DNA of 64,000 nt, from positions 11,228 through 75,227 of the forward strand of contig JAKQHR010000092.1 in assembly GCA_029557905.1 (NCBI GenBank). The letters run 5' to 3'. Positions within the stretch are counted from its first letter, which is position 1, and every line of letters starts with the position of its first letter. Positions 18,501-28,796 of this stretch are shown here, one piece after another. Both the position numbers and the translations under genes were made by a program. The notes beneath the pieces were generated by a model. The model made no database searches. It saw only the letters and a list, made by a program, of their open reading frames with translations, and had not been told where the DNA came from. Source of the stretch: Verrucomicrobiota bacterium. GTDB lineage: Bacteria; Verrucomicrobiota; Kiritimatiellia; JAKQHR01.

Positions 18501-21500
18501 ATGAAGGCTTTCCACAGTTCGGATCGCAACAGCCTGGCCGAATTTTTCAGCCGGGCAGGGGGACTGTTTGTGCCCGGGCTGGACGGCGCGGCGGCCGCAT
18601 ATTTCGCCGGCGCGCTTTTTCATGACTTCCCGTGCTCGTGGCTGTGCATCACGGATGGTCCCCGCACGCAGGAGACTTGTCACCGCGACCTGCAGTCGCT
18701 TTTTCCCGGGCATGCGAAGCGCATCCTGAACTATCCCGCGTGGGAGGCGTATCCGAACCTCGCCCCCGAAATCACCGGCGAACGCCTCCGCGCCCAGCAG
18801 GCCCTTGTTGAAAATTCCGATTCATGCCTTGTCGTGAGCTGCATCCAGGCGCTGATGCAGCCGACTCTTTCCCCGCAGGAACTTGAAAGGACGGTGATCC
18901 CCTTGAGAAAGGGCGATCAGGCAGACCCTGCGGATTTGGCGTCGAAGCTGCTGGCGGCCGGCTATCGCTTCTCGCACGAGGTTTTTGAGCGCGGGCAGGC
19001 ATCGCTTCGCGGCGGCATTCTCGATGTCTGGCCGCCCGACAGCGAATATCCCGTGAGGCTGGATTTCTTTGGCGACACGCTGGATTCCATTCGCCATTTC
19101 AACGCCGAGGAACAGACCTCCATCGCAAAAATCGAATCCGTGCGGCTGTCGCCGGCCATGGAAAATATGGCGGTTCAGTTTCCGGACCCGACCGCGAGCC
19201 TGCTTTCGTATTTTCCTGAAAAATACGGTGTGGTATTTTTCAGCCAGAACCGGATTCGCGAGCACGGGCGGCTGCTTGAAGATTCCATGAAGGCGGAGAT
19301 TGGGGGCCCCGGTCTGGATGCCGTTCTGCAGCGGGTTGAAAAAAAGGCGGCCCATGCCGTTTATCTGGGACAGGGCCGCCCGCCGCGGACGCCGCAATGG
19401 GAGTCGCCGTTCCATCCCGTGGAGAGCCTGCCGCGACCGGCCGGGACCGATTACCTGCCGGACATCATGGAAAAGGCCCGGCGCGAATATGTCGAAGGCC
19501 TCCTTCAGAAAACGGAACAGGGCTCGGAAGTCCGTGTTTTCTTCGATACCGCGGGAACGCGCGAACGCTTTCTCACGATGGATCCCCGGCACGCGCGCTT
19601 CAAGAGCTGCGTCGCGCCGCTCTCGGCGGGGTTCAGTTATCCGGCGCAGAGTCTGATGGCCATCACCGAGAGCGACATTCTCGGCTACCAGAAGGTTGAA
19701 CGGCGCGGAATCGCAAAAACCGGGCGCAAAAAACCTCCGGCCATCAGCCGCCCGATCCTATCTCAGACCGAAATCCAGCCGGGCGAATATGTGGTGCACG
19801 TCGGCTGCGGAATCGGAAAGTATCTGGGGCTCTACGAAATCAGGACAAGCGGCCAGCTTCAGGAGGTTCTGGCCGTGGAGTATGCCGACGGCGCGAAACT
19901 CTATGTGCCGGTGGCCCAGAGCCACCTGCTGAGCCGCTACATGGGCGTGGGGCGCAGGCGCCCGCAGCTTCACAGGCTGGGCGGCGGCCGGTGGGACCGG
20001 CAGAAGGAGGCCGCCGAGCAGGCCATCATGGATATGTCCGCTTCGCTGCTCGAAACGCAGGCCGCCCGCGAGATGCTCAGGGGGCACGCGTTCCCGCCTG
20101 ACGACAAGTGGATGCATGAGTTCGAAGCCTCATTCCCGTTCGAGGAAACGCCCGACCAGGCGAGGGCGATCACCGAGGTGAAACAGGACATGGAAAGCCA
20201 CAAGCCGATGGACCGGCTGGTCTGCGGCGATGTGGGATACGGAAAAACCGAGGTCGCCATGCGCGCGGCGTTCAAAGCGGTCGCCAGCGGCAAGCAGGTG
20301 GCCATCCTTGTGCCCACCACAATTCTTGCGCAGCAGCACTACGACACTTTTTCGCAGCGAATGGCGGCCTATCCGTTCAAGATTGAAATGCTGAGCCGCT
20401 TCCGCACGAAAGCCGAGCAGGACCGCGTCATTGAGATGCTGGGCGAGGGGCAGATTGACATAGTGATCGGCACGCACCGGCTGGTGCAGAGGGACGTGGG
20501 GTTCAAGGATCTGGGGCTCGTGATCATAGACGAGGAGCAGCGCTTCGGCGTGGGGCACAAAGAGCATTTGAAGCATCTCCGCCGGCTGGTGGACGTCATG
20601 ACGCTGACCGCCACCCCGATCCCGCGCACGCTTTACATGAGTCTGACCGGGGCGAAGGACATGAGCACCATCCAGTCGCCGCCGCAGGAGCGGCTGCCCA
20701 TCGAAACCATCGTGACCGAGACGGAAGACCACACCATCCGCCAGGCCATCCTGCGCGAACTGAACCGCGAGGGACAGGTGTTCTTCCTCCACAACCGCGT
20801 GAAGAGCATCGGCATCATCGCGGAGAAGCTCATGAAACTTGTTCCGGAGGCGCGCATCGCGGTGGCGCACGGGCAGATGGCCGAGCGCGAGCTCGCGGCC
20901 GTGATGAGGAAATTCGCCGCCCGCGAAATGGACGTGCTGCTGTGCACCACGATCATCGAAAGCGGGCTGGACATGCCGAACGTCAACACGATCCTCATTG
21001 ACCGGGCCGATCGCTTCGGGCTGGCGGACCTCTACCAGCTGCGCGGCCGCGTCGGCCGCTACAAGCACCGCGCCTTCGCCTATTTTCTGCTTCCGAAGGA
21101 CCGGCTGCTTTATAACACCGCGCAGGAGCGCATCCGCGCGATCCAGCGCTATTCCAGCCTCGGCGCCGGGTTCAAGGTCGCGCTGCGGGATCTTGAAATC
21201 CGCGGGTCGGGCAACATTCTGGGCCGCCAGCAGAGCGGACACATTGCGGCCATCGGCTTCGATCTGTACTGCCAGCTTCTCCGGCAGACCATTGCGAAAA
21301 GCAGGGGGGAGCGGCTTTCGCCTGCGGTCCGCTGTGAACTCAAGCTTGATTTCATCACGCTGTCCGCCCAGCAGGCGGAGGCCGCCGGCTGCGCGGCCAT
21401 TCCCTATGACTATATGGAGGATGAGAATCTGCGCGTGAACACCTATCGCCGCATCGCCGGCATGGCCCTGGAGGATGAACTCGATGCCGTCGAAGCGGAA

Positions 21501-21776
21501 CTGGCGGACCGGTTCGGGCCGCTGCCGCCGCCGTTTGTGCGCCTGTTGAAGACCGCCCGCATCCGGGTCCGCGCCACCGCCTGCGCCATTGACCGCGTCG
21601 AAACCCGCGAAGATAAAATCATGCTCATGCGCGGCGGAGACTATCTGCAGCGGTCCGGCCGGTTTCCGAGAATGAACTCTGACGACGCGACGATCCGCCT
21701 GGATGAAATACTCGATGAATTGTGCCGCTGGCGGGTGAGTCCCGAAAACAGCCTCAAAATGCCAAAAAAACGCTGA
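18501..21776 (+). CDS. mfd: Transcription-repair coupling factor
   Basis: UvrB-homology N-terminal region, RNAP-interacting domain, DEAD/DEAH helicase core ([26 protein letters not shown]), TRCF C-terminal domain. Start may be the upstream TTG at 18450. Confidence 0.93.
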   Translation: MKAFHSSDRNSLAEFFSRAGGLFVPGLDGAAAAYFAGALFHDFPCSWLCITDGPRTQETCHRDLQSLFPGHAKRILNYPAWEAYPNLAPEITGERLRAQQALVENSDSCLVVSCIQALMQPTLSPQELERTVIPLRKGDQADPADLASKLLAAGYRFSHEVFERGQASLRGGILDVWPPDSEYPVRLDFFGDTLDSIRHFNAEEQTSIAKIESVRLSPAMENMAVQFPDPTASLLSYFPEKYGVVFFSQNRIREHGRLLEDSMKAEIGGPGLDAVLQRVEKKAAHAVYLGQGRPPRTPQWESPFHPVESLPRPAGTDYLPDIMEKARREYVEGLLQKTEQGSEVRVFFDTAGTRERFLTMDPRHARFKSCVAPLSAGFSYPAQSLMAITESDILGYQKVERRGIAKTGRKKPPAISRPILSQTEIQPGEYVVHVGCGIGKYLGLYEIRTSGQLQEVLAVEYADGAKLYVPVAQSHLLSRYMGVGRRRPQLHRLGGGRWDRQKEAAEQAIMDMSASLLETQAAREMLRGHAFPPDDKWMHEFEASFPFEETPDQARAITEVKQDMESHKPMDRLVCGDVGYGKTEVAMRAAFKAVASGKQVAILVPTTILAQQHYDTFSQRMAAYPFKIEMLSRFRTKAEQDRVIEMLGEGQIDIVIGTHRLVQRDVGFKDLGLVIIDEEQRFGVGHKEHLKHLRRLVDVMTLTATPIPRTLYMSLTGAKDMSTIQSPPQERLPIETIVTETEDHTIRQAILRELNREGQVFFLHNRVKSIGIIAEKLMKLVPEARIAVAHGQMAERELAAVMRKFAAREMDVLLCTTIIESGLDMPNVNTILIDRADRFGLADLYQLRGRVGRYKHRAFAYFLLPKDRLLYNTAQERIRAIQRYSSLGAGFKVALRDLEIRGSGNILGRQQSGHIAAIGFDLYCQLLRQTIAKSRGERLSPAVRCELKLDFITLSAQQAEAAGCAAIPYDYMEDENLRVNTYRRIAGMALEDELDAVEAELADRFGPLPPPFVRLLKTARIRVRATACAIDRVETREDKIMLMRGGDYLQRSGRFPRMNSDDATIRLDEILDELCRWRVSPENSLKMPKKR

Positions 21777-21871
21777 AAAAGGTCCAAAAACGGCAAAAAA
21801 TCGCTCAAAAACGGCAAAAAACGGCCCAAAAACCCAAAAAAATGCAAAAACAGAGAAAAATGAAGCAAAAA
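21764..21871. promoter_or_regulatory. Eleven helically phased A5-7 tracts (predicted intrinsically curved DNA)
   Basis: A-tract starts at 21764, 21776, 21786, 21795, 21807, 21816, 21828, 21836, 21846, 21856, 21867 (mean spacing ~10.3 bp), in a genome that is otherwise ~65% GC. Confidence 0.7.
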
Positions 21872-22005
21872 TATCCCGTCAGCGTTTGCGATTCCAAAAC
21901 GGGCCGAAACTGTCCTGGGCCTGGGGCACCGCGGTCGGCGGCCGATGGATGCTGACTGGGGGCACATAATTTCCCGCTGTTCAGCCCGGGATTTCCCGCG
22001 CCGGC

Positions 22006-22035
22006 TTGAAATAGTACTAAAATAGTACTATTTCC
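22006..22035. promoter_or_regulatory. Duplicated palindromic operator-like site (TAGTACTA x2, 11-bp register; AAATAGTACTATTT perfect 14-bp palindrome) upstream of uspA
   Basis: ttgaaatagtactaaaatagtactatttc; TAGTACTA at 22012-22019 and 22023-22030, ~200 bp upstream of the uspA ATG. Confidence 0.6.
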
Positions 22036-22228
22036 GTGAAAAACGCGATTTTCAGGGCATTTTCCCCGTTTTTATCGAAAAAATTGCCCTTTGGGGGTCG
22101 TTTTCGCTGTTTTTCTTCATTTTTACGCGTTTCTGCGTCTCCTGCGCGGCTGGAAACGCGCGCTGGACTTTTGGCGCGCCGGGGTTCAATATGATTACAA
22201 AGAGGCAGACAACAGAAGGGAGACGGCC

Positions 22229-23071
22229 ATGATTAAAAGTATTCTGGTTTGCACGGATGGATCGGCCTACGGCGACACGGCCTGCGAGTATGCCGTGGAT
22301 TTCGCCTCGCGTCTGAAGGCGAGGCTCATGGGCCTGCATATTCTCGATTCCCGGATGCTGGAAGGACCCCTGATGGCCGATATTTCGGGCTGGGTGGGCG
22401 CCCAGCCGTTCGGCACCCAGCTTCAGCAGTTCCGCGAACTGATGGAGAAGAAAGGCGAGTCCATCATTGAGGCGTTCAATGCCCGGTGCGAAAAGGCCGG
22501 CATCCAGACCGAGTCATGGATGAAAATGGGCCATCCGGCCCGCATTATCCTCGAAGAGGAGGCTCGCGCGGAACTGCTCGTGATGGGGCAGAAGGGTGAG
22601 CATGCCGACTGGATCGGAGATATGATGGGCTCCAACGTGGAGCGCATCGTCCGCCGGTCGGTGCAGCCGTGCCTGATCACCCCGATGGAGTTCAGGCCGG
22701 TGACAAAAATGCTGGCGGCCTATGACGGCAGCGCGCATTCCAGCAAGGCGCTGCGCGAGGCGCTTGAACTGTCGAACGCGCTTTCGCTGCCCCTGACCGT
22801 GCTGACGGTGCGCGACGGACTGAGCGGGGAAAAGGCCACCGCTGCCGCGGTCGATGCGCAGCGTCTTGCGAAGGATCACGGCTGCGAAATCGAAAGCATG
22901 GTTGAAGAGGGCGAGTCCGAGGATGTGATCCTGGGCACCGCCCGCTCAAAAGAGTGCGACCTGATTGTGGTGGGAGCCTATGGCCACACCCGGATCCGTG
23001 AAATGATTCTCGGCAGCACCACGGCTCATCTGGTGGCCTATTCGGAAGTGCCGGTGCTGCTGGTGCGGTAG
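22229..23071 (+). CDS. Universal stress protein, tandem UspA domains
   Basis: MIKSILVCTDGSAYGDTACEYAVDFA... and a second KMLAAYDGSAHSSKALREALEL...GAYGHTRIREMILGSTTAHLV Usp domain with the ATP-binding G-x2-G-x9-G(S/T) motif. SD gaaggga precedes the ATG at 22229. Confidence 0.85.
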   Translation: MIKSILVCTDGSAYGDTACEYAVDFASRLKARLMGLHILDSRMLEGPLMADISGWVGAQPFGTQLQQFRELMEKKGESIIEAFNARCEKAGIQTESWMKMGHPARIILEEEARAELLVMGQKGEHADWIGDMMGSNVERIVRRSVQPCLITPMEFRPVTKMLAAYDGSAHSSKALREALELSNALSLPLTVLTVRDGLSGEKATAAAVDAQRLAKDHGCEIESMVEEGESEDVILGTARSKECDLIVVGAYGHTRIREMILGSTTAHLVAYSEVPVLLVR

Positions 23072-23087
23072 GCTGCCGGGCCTTAAT

Positions 23088-24179
23088 TTGGACGACGTTA
23101 TGCCTGTGGAAATATTGTATCTGTGGACGGCAATCCTGACCATCCTTGTGGTGGTCATGTCTGTCCTTCTTCTGAAACGGGCCTCCCGCCGCAGCGAGAG
23201 CGTCCTGCTTCAGAATCAGATCAATGCCCTCAGCCAGCAGACCTCGGAGAGGATGGATCAGCTTCGGGGCGCGGTCGAGAAAACCAGTGCGGAGGTGGCG
23301 CGGGCCCTGAGCGGCACGCAGCAGGCGATGGGCGCGCGGCTGGACACCGCCGCCGAGGTCATTCGCGGCGTCAGCACGCGGCTGGCCGCGCTGGATGAAT
23401 CCAACAAGCGCATTTTCGACGTGGGCAGAAGCATCTCCGAGCTGGAGAAGGTGCTGCGGGCGCCCAAGCTGCGCGGCAACCTCGGCGAGCTTTTCCTGAA
23501 CGAGCTGCTGGCGCAGATCCTTCCGCCGAACTACTGCCAGATGCAGTATTCGTTTTCCGGCGGCGACACCGTGGATGCGGTCATCCGCCTGGAAAACGGG
23601 CTGATTCCCGTGGATGCCAAGTTCCCGCTGGAAAATTTCCGCAAATATTCCGATTCGGAAAATGACCAGCAGCGCAGTGAGTTCCGAAAAACCTTTGTTC
23701 GGGATGTCAAAAAGCACATTGATGCAATCGCCTCGAAGTATATTCGGACCGATGAGGGCACGCTGGATTTTGCTCTGATGTACATCCCGGCGGAAAGCGT
23801 TTATTACGAGGCCATCATCAAGGAGGAGGCCGGATCGCAGGCTTCCCTGTTTGAATATGCCCTTCAGAAACGCTGCATCCCCGTTTCGCCGAACAGTTTC
23901 TATGCCTATCTCCAGACCATCATGCTGGGACTCAAGGGCCTGCGGGTCGAAGAAAGCGCGCGGGAAATCATGGACAGTCTCGCCCGCCTGCGCAAGGAGA
24001 TGGAGCGCTTCGAAGAGGATTTTCAGCTGGTCGGGAAGCACATCGAAAATGCCGCAAAGAAATTCCAGGACGCCGGCAGGCGCTTCATCACCGTGAACGG
24101 CAAGCTGGAGCAGATGGAGGGCATTTCGGGAACCGCTCCCGCGGCGCTTCCCGAAGAAACGCTTTCCGCGCGCCCTTAA
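23088..24179 (+). CDS. rmuC: DNA recombination protein RmuC
   Basis: N-terminal TM helix, long coiled coil, then the RmuC core LFLNELLAQILPPNYCQMQYSF...VDAKFPLENF...DFALMYIPAESVYYEAI. Confidence 0.85.
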   Translation: MDDVMPVEILYLWTAILTILVVVMSVLLLKRASRRSESVLLQNQINALSQQTSERMDQLRGAVEKTSAEVARALSGTQQAMGARLDTAAEVIRGVSTRLAALDESNKRIFDVGRSISELEKVLRAPKLRGNLGELFLNELLAQILPPNYCQMQYSFSGGDTVDAVIRLENGLIPVDAKFPLENFRKYSDSENDQQRSEFRKTFVRDVKKHIDAIASKYIRTDEGTLDFALMYIPAESVYYEAIIKEEAGSQASLFEYALQKRCIPVSPNSFYAYLQTIMLGLKGLRVEESAREIMDSLARLRKEMERFEEDFQLVGKHIENAAKKFQDAGRRFITVNGKLEQMEGISGTAPAALPEETLSARP

Positions 24180-24248
24180 CGCTCACGGCTTCCGGCGCGG
24201 CTGCACCAAGCCTTGACCTCGGACCCGCTTGAGGACATTCTAGGAGGC

Positions 24249-24995
24249 ATGAATCTGGAACAGGTGCTCAAAAAAGTGGCCGCCGGCGAAATCGCCGTCG
24301 CCGAAGCCCGCAGGCAGATTGAGGGGTCGCTTGAACAGTCGCTCGGCTTTGCCCGGATAGACATGGACCGCCCCCGCCGGTGCGGGCACCCGGAAACCAT
24401 CTACTGTCCCGGGAAAACCGTTGAGCAGATTGTGGAAATCGCCGGAACGCTTCACGGCGCCGGCCAGCATGTGATGGCCACGCGGGCCACGGAAGATGTG
24501 TACAGGGCCGTTGCGGCGGCGCACCCGGCTGCCCGGTGGCATGCGGACGCGCGGGCCGTCACGCTGGATGCCGGGCCGCTTCCCGAACCCCGGGGACTGA
24601 TTGCCGTGGTCACGGCCGGAACGGCTGACCTGCCCGTCGCCGAAGAGGCCTGCCTGACCGCCGAGCGCATGGGCGCGCGCATTGACCGCATTTATGATGT
24701 CGGCGTGGCCGGCCTTCACCGTCTCGGCGCCCGGCTTGAGCGTCTGCGGAAGGCGAATGTTGTGGTTGTCGTGGCCGGAATGGAGGGAGCCCTGCCGTCG
24801 GTGGTGGGCGGGCTGATTGACCGGCCGGTGATCGCCGTGCCCACGAGTGTCGGCTACAGCCTGAACCTGCACGGACTCTCCGCGCTGCTGGCCATGCTCA
24901 ACTCGTGCGTGCCGGGCATCACGGTGGTGAATGTGGATAACGGTTTCGGCGCCGGTGTTGCGGCGGCCATGATCAACCGCGCGGGAGCTTTATGA
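24249..24995 (+). CDS. larB: Nickel-pincer cofactor biosynthesis protein LarB (PurE-like; pyridinium-3,5-biscarboxylic acid mononucleotide synthase)
   Basis: PurE/AIR-carboxylase-like fold: IAVVTAGTADLPVAEEA...VVVVVAGMEGALPSVVGGLIDRPVIAVPTSVGY...GITVVNVDNGFGAG; N-terminal extension typical of LarB. Immediately followed by larC. Confidence 0.75.
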   Translation: MNLEQVLKKVAAGEIAVAEARRQIEGSLEQSLGFARIDMDRPRRCGHPETIYCPGKTVEQIVEIAGTLHGAGQHVMATRATEDVYRAVAAAHPAARWHADARAVTLDAGPLPEPRGLIAVVTAGTADLPVAEEACLTAERMGARIDRIYDVGVAGLHRLGARLERLRKANVVVVVAGMEGALPSVVGGLIDRPVIAVPTSVGYSLNLHGLSALLAMLNSCVPGITVVNVDNGFGAGVAAAMINRAGAL

Positions 24996-26179
24996 AAATT
25001 CTGCGTTTTGACAGCATTGGCGGCGCGAGCGGCGACATGATTCTTGGAGCGCTGCTGGGGCTCGGAGTGGATGCCGCATGGGTGGAGAAGCAGCTGGCGG
25101 ATTTTCTGCCGGACCCGTTTCATATTGAAACAAAGCCGCACGAAAGCTGCGGGCTCAACGGGGTCCAGACGCGCGTGCACATCGGCGGCCATCATGCGCA
25201 CGAGCATCACCGCCATGAGCACGATCACGAGCACCGTTCATTTCGTGTCATCCGCGATATGATATCAAACAGCCGCCTCGACCCGAAGGTGAAGGAGCTT
25301 TCCATCCGGGTTTTCCAGCGCCTGGCCGAGGCCGAGGGCGCGGTGCACCGGAAGCCGGCGGAAGATGTTCATTTTCATGAAGTCGGGGCGACTGATTCCA
25401 TTGTGGATATCGTGGGCTCCTGTCTCGCCTGTGTGAAACTCGGGATCGATGCGGTCTCTGTGGATCGCCTCCCCCTGAGTTCGGGCTCCGTGACCTGCCA
25501 GCACGGGGTCTATCCGCTGCCAGCGCCCGCAACCCTTGAGCTGCTCAAGGGTTTTTCCGTGGAGCAGACGGAAGAGTCCGTTGAGATGGTCACGCCCACC
25601 GGCGCGGCGCTTCTCATGAGCTGGCGAAGCGAACAGGCGCCTGCGCGGGGACGCATTCTTCAGTCGGTCAACAGTTTCGGGCACCATCATCTGCATCACC
25701 GGCCCAACGTGCTGCGCGCCACGATGATGGAATCAGAGGCCCCGGCCGCCTCCGGTCCGGAATGCCTCGTGATGGAAACCAATCTGGATGACATGACTCC
25801 GGAGCTGATCGGCACACTGATGGACGCCCTGCTGCACGCCGGCGCACTGGACGTGTTCACAACACCGGTGCAGATGAAGAAGAACAGGCCGGGCATGCTG
25901 CTGACCGTCCTGTGCGAGGCGTCGCGCGCGGATGTGCTGAAGAACATCATTTTCACCGAGTCCACGACCTTCGGCATCCGTCAGTATGCGGTGGAACGCA
26001 CCGTGCTCGCGCGCAGGACCGTGGAGGTCGAAACGGAATACGGCCGTATTCGCGTTAAGATCGGCACATGGAAGGGGAGCGACGTTACCCGGTCGCCGGA
26101 GATGGATGACTGCGCCGCCGCCGCCCGCGCGCACAATGTGCCCGTGCGCAAGGTGTATGAGGCTGCGTCCAGGCTATGA
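24992..26179 (+). CDS. larC: Nickel insertion protein LarC (DUF111/UPF0272)
   Basis: MKILRFDSIGGASGDMILGALLGLGVD N-terminus; His-rich tract GGHHAHEHHRHEHDHEHRS; FHEVGATDSIVDIVG motif; 395 aa. Confidence 0.85.
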   Translation: MKILRFDSIGGASGDMILGALLGLGVDAAWVEKQLADFLPDPFHIETKPHESCGLNGVQTRVHIGGHHAHEHHRHEHDHEHRSFRVIRDMISNSRLDPKVKELSIRVFQRLAEAEGAVHRKPAEDVHFHEVGATDSIVDIVGSCLACVKLGIDAVSVDRLPLSSGSVTCQHGVYPLPAPATLELLKGFSVEQTEESVEMVTPTGAALLMSWRSEQAPARGRILQSVNSFGHHHLHHRPNVLRATMMESEAPAASGPECLVMETNLDDMTPELIGTLMDALLHAGALDVFTTPVQMKKNRPGMLLTVLCEASRADVLKNIIFTESTTFGIRQYAVERTVLARRTVEVETEYGRIRVKIGTWKGSDVTRSPEMDDCAAAARAHNVPVRKVYEAASRL

Positions 26180-27825
26180 ACCGGCTCTTCCATTTCATGC
26201 TGACGGCCCTGCTGTGCGCCCCGGGAGCGCAGGCGGCAAAAGATGCGCTTTCTTTTCCCGCCGGCCGTTACCGGGACGGCGACGTTCTCAGTGTGCAGGA
26301 ACACGATGTGGTGCTGCGCGAGCAGGGCTGGGTTTCCTATGCTCTGCGCTTCGAATGGCCGGAGGATTATCAGTTCGTGATTCTCGCCCGTCGCGATGGC
26401 GCCTCAAAGCAGGTCCCTTCGCTGAAAGTTTCCGTGGACGACGAGGAGGTGCGTCTTCAGCCCGTGATTTCCGAGGCCTGGGCCACCTACAGTTTCCGCT
26501 GCCCGGTGAACAAGGGAGAGCGACGTGTTAAGCTTTCCTCTCCGGTGTCGGGCGCCGACGATATTCATCTGGCCTCCGTTGTGGTGGTCGCGCCGCGCAA
26601 GGCTGCGGGGGTGACGCTGCTGGAAAGCAGCCGCTCGGCCGATCCGCTCAAGGATGCGAATCTGCTGTTCCATGAAAAACTGATCGCCCGCATCAGGGAA
26701 ACGCGCACAGGCCAGCTTCGCGTTCAGGTTCTGGACAAGGCGGGCGAGCCGGTGAAGGGGGTGAGCGTTCGCGTCTCGCAGCAGAGGCACAGTTTCCTTT
26801 TCGGCGCATCCCAGCTGACTGCCGCTTATGACGGAACTCTCTCGATGCGGCTGCGGAACGAGTACAAGGAGCAGTTCCTCCGGCGCTTCAACTGCGTCGG
26901 CACCGGAGAAGCCCTTACGTGGCGCTATATGGAACCGCAGCCCGGAAGATACTATTACACGGTGGGAGACAAGATGATTGACTGGGCCCGGGCCCGCGGG
27001 CTTGCGGTGTGGGGCGAAGATGTGTATTCGGAGTGTGCGGAGGAACTTCCCGCATGGGCCTCGGCGGTTTCGGATGCCCGCATGCGGTCGGTGGCCGGCC
27101 TGCGCGCGCGGGTCATGGCCAACCGTTACCGGGGGCGGGTGGATGCGCTTGCGGTCAACGGCAATATGATCTCCTGCGGCCATCCCGGCGAGCGGTTTGG
27201 CGCCGGAATGAGGAAGCAGCTTTTTCACGAAATCCGCGCATCCGATCCGTCTGCCAAACTGTTCTTGAACGAGGATATTGATCTGGACACCGGCCGTCCG
27301 GAGACCTTCATGCAGCCGCTGCGTGCGCTTCTGGAGAGCGGCATCCCGGCCGACGGCATTGGCATACGCGCCCGCTTTGACGGGCAGCCCAACGCCTTCA
27401 GGGTGGAGCGCTCCCTCGACGCGCTGGCGCAACTGGGCCTGCCGGTCCGGATCACCGGCTATGCCTGCGACGACCCCGACGAACAGGCCCGGCTGCGCGC
27501 GATGGAATCATTTTTCCGTGTGGCCTTTTCACATCCCGCGGTGGAGGGCATCTCTGTCCGCGATTTCTGGTTCAGTGAGTCCGCCGGGTTCCCGCTGCTG
27601 AATGCGGACTTCAGTCCATCTCCGCTGGGTCATCTGTACGAGCGCCTGGTATTTTCAGAATGGTGGACCGAAACGGAGGGCCTGACGGACAAGAACGGCA
27701 TCTTCGAAACCCGGGCATTTCTCGGCGAATACGAAGTGGGCGTTGCTCTGTCTCCCACGCGCGAAATCAGGCAGAAGGCTGTTGTGACCTCCGGCGATAA
27801 TCCTCCAGTGGTTTTCAGCTACTAG
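26176..27825 (+). CDS. Secreted two-domain protein: N-terminal beta-sandwich (CBM-like) + GH10-like TIM-barrel, catalytic residues possibly substituted
   Basis: Signal peptide MNRLFHFMLTALLCAPGAQA. By eye against GH10 xylanases, RASDPSAKLFLNEDIDLD matches AADPTAKLCINDYN, but the WDVVNE acid/base region reads LAVNGNM and the ITELD nucleophile region reads ITGYA. Confidence 0.45.
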   Translation: MNRLFHFMLTALLCAPGAQAAKDALSFPAGRYRDGDVLSVQEHDVVLREQGWVSYALRFEWPEDYQFVILARRDGASKQVPSLKVSVDDEEVRLQPVISEAWATYSFRCPVNKGERRVKLSSPVSGADDIHLASVVVVAPRKAAGVTLLESSRSADPLKDANLLFHEKLIARIRETRTGQLRVQVLDKAGEPVKGVSVRVSQQRHSFLFGASQLTAAYDGTLSMRLRNEYKEQFLRRFNCVGTGEALTWRYMEPQPGRYYYTVGDKMIDWARARGLAVWGEDVYSECAEELPAWASAVSDARMRSVAGLRARVMANRYRGRVDALAVNGNMISCGHPGERFGAGMRKQLFHEIRASDPSAKLFLNEDIDLDTGRPETFMQPLRALLESGIPADGIGIRARFDGQPNAFRVERSLDALAQLGLPVRITGYACDDPDEQARLRAMESFFRVAFSHPAVEGISVRDFWFSESAGFPLLNADFSPSPLGHLYERLVFSEWWTETEGLTDKNGIFETRAFLGEYEVGVALSPTREIRQKAVVTSGDNPPVVFSY

Positions 27826-27921
27826 ACGCTTTCCCTTCTCTGACAGGTTAGCAAGATTGGAGAAGCGCGCCTGCGCGGAATCCGATATATATCCGGTCAA
27901 CAATATATTCAGGGAAGAAGC

Positions 27922-28788
27922 ATGACCACCAGAGAAGACACAATGCAGGACTATCAGCGGCGGATAGAGCGTGTGCTGCGGTTCATCCGCGAGCATCAGT
28001 CGGAGCCGATGCGCCTGAAGGAACTGGCGGAAGTGGCCTGCTTTTCGCCGTTTCATTTCCACAGGATATTCAGCGCGCATGCCGGCGAGACCCTCAGCGA
28101 ATACATCCGGAGGCTCCGGCTGGAAAGCTCGGCCGAGCGCCTGTGCCGCACGACGGATGCCGTTACGGAAATTGCGCTGGATGCGGGATATGCCACGCAT
28201 GGAGCTTTCACGAAGGCGTTCACGCAGCACTTCGGGCGGAATCCCTCCTCTTTCAGAAAAACCGGGAAGATGGATTTCGTTCCCGGACGTTTACTGATGA
28301 TGAGCAAACAAAAGGAGACAGAAATGAAAGTTCAAATCAGGGAAATTCAGGAGCAGGCGGCGCTGGCCGTGCGCAGGACGGGTGCTTACGACAAGGCGGC
28401 CGAAGAGGCATGGAAGATCCTGTGCACTTATGCGGGACCCAGGGGCCTGATCGGGCCGAAGACGAAGTTTATCGGCATCAGCCACGATGATCCGGATCAG
28501 GTGGCCGCCGAGAACCTGCGCTATGACGCCTGCATTACGCTGTCGAGCGATGACAAGGGGTCCGGCGAGGTGAAGAGATTGACCATCGGCGGCGGCCGCT
28601 ACGCGGTGACGGTGCATGCCGGCCCTTTTGAATATCTGAAGAAAACTTATGACGGGATCTACCGCGACTGGCTCCCGTCCAGCGGGGAGACCCTGCGCGA
28701 CGCGGCTTGTCTTGAAATCTATCTGAATGATCCGGACACCACACCGCCGGCGGACCTGCGGACCGAAGTCTGCATCCCTCTGGAGTAA
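27922..28788 (+). CDS. AraC-family transcriptional regulator with GyrI-like effector-binding domain
   Basis: HTH_AraC: LKELAEVACFSPFHFHRIFSAHAGETLSEYIRRLRLESSAERL...ALDAGYATHGAFTKAF; C-terminal ~150 aa GyrI-like domain. Confidence 0.8.
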   Translation: MTTREDTMQDYQRRIERVLRFIREHQSEPMRLKELAEVACFSPFHFHRIFSAHAGETLSEYIRRLRLESSAERLCRTTDAVTEIALDAGYATHGAFTKAFTQHFGRNPSSFRKTGKMDFVPGRLLMMSKQKETEMKVQIREIQEQAALAVRRTGAYDKAAEEAWKILCTYAGPRGLIGPKTKFIGISHDDPDQVAAENLRYDACITLSSDDKGSGEVKRLTIGGGRYAVTVHAGPFEYLKKTYDGIYRDWLPSSGETLRDAACLEIYLNDPDTTPPADLRTEVCIPLE

Positions 28789-28796
28789 GCGAAGGT

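Noticed and set aside
21722-21955. 77-aa Lys-rich ORF ([33 protein letters not shown]...)
   Set aside because: It is produced by AAA codons across the phased A-tract block and overlaps the mfd 3' end. The periodic A-tract structure is the more parsimonious explanation.
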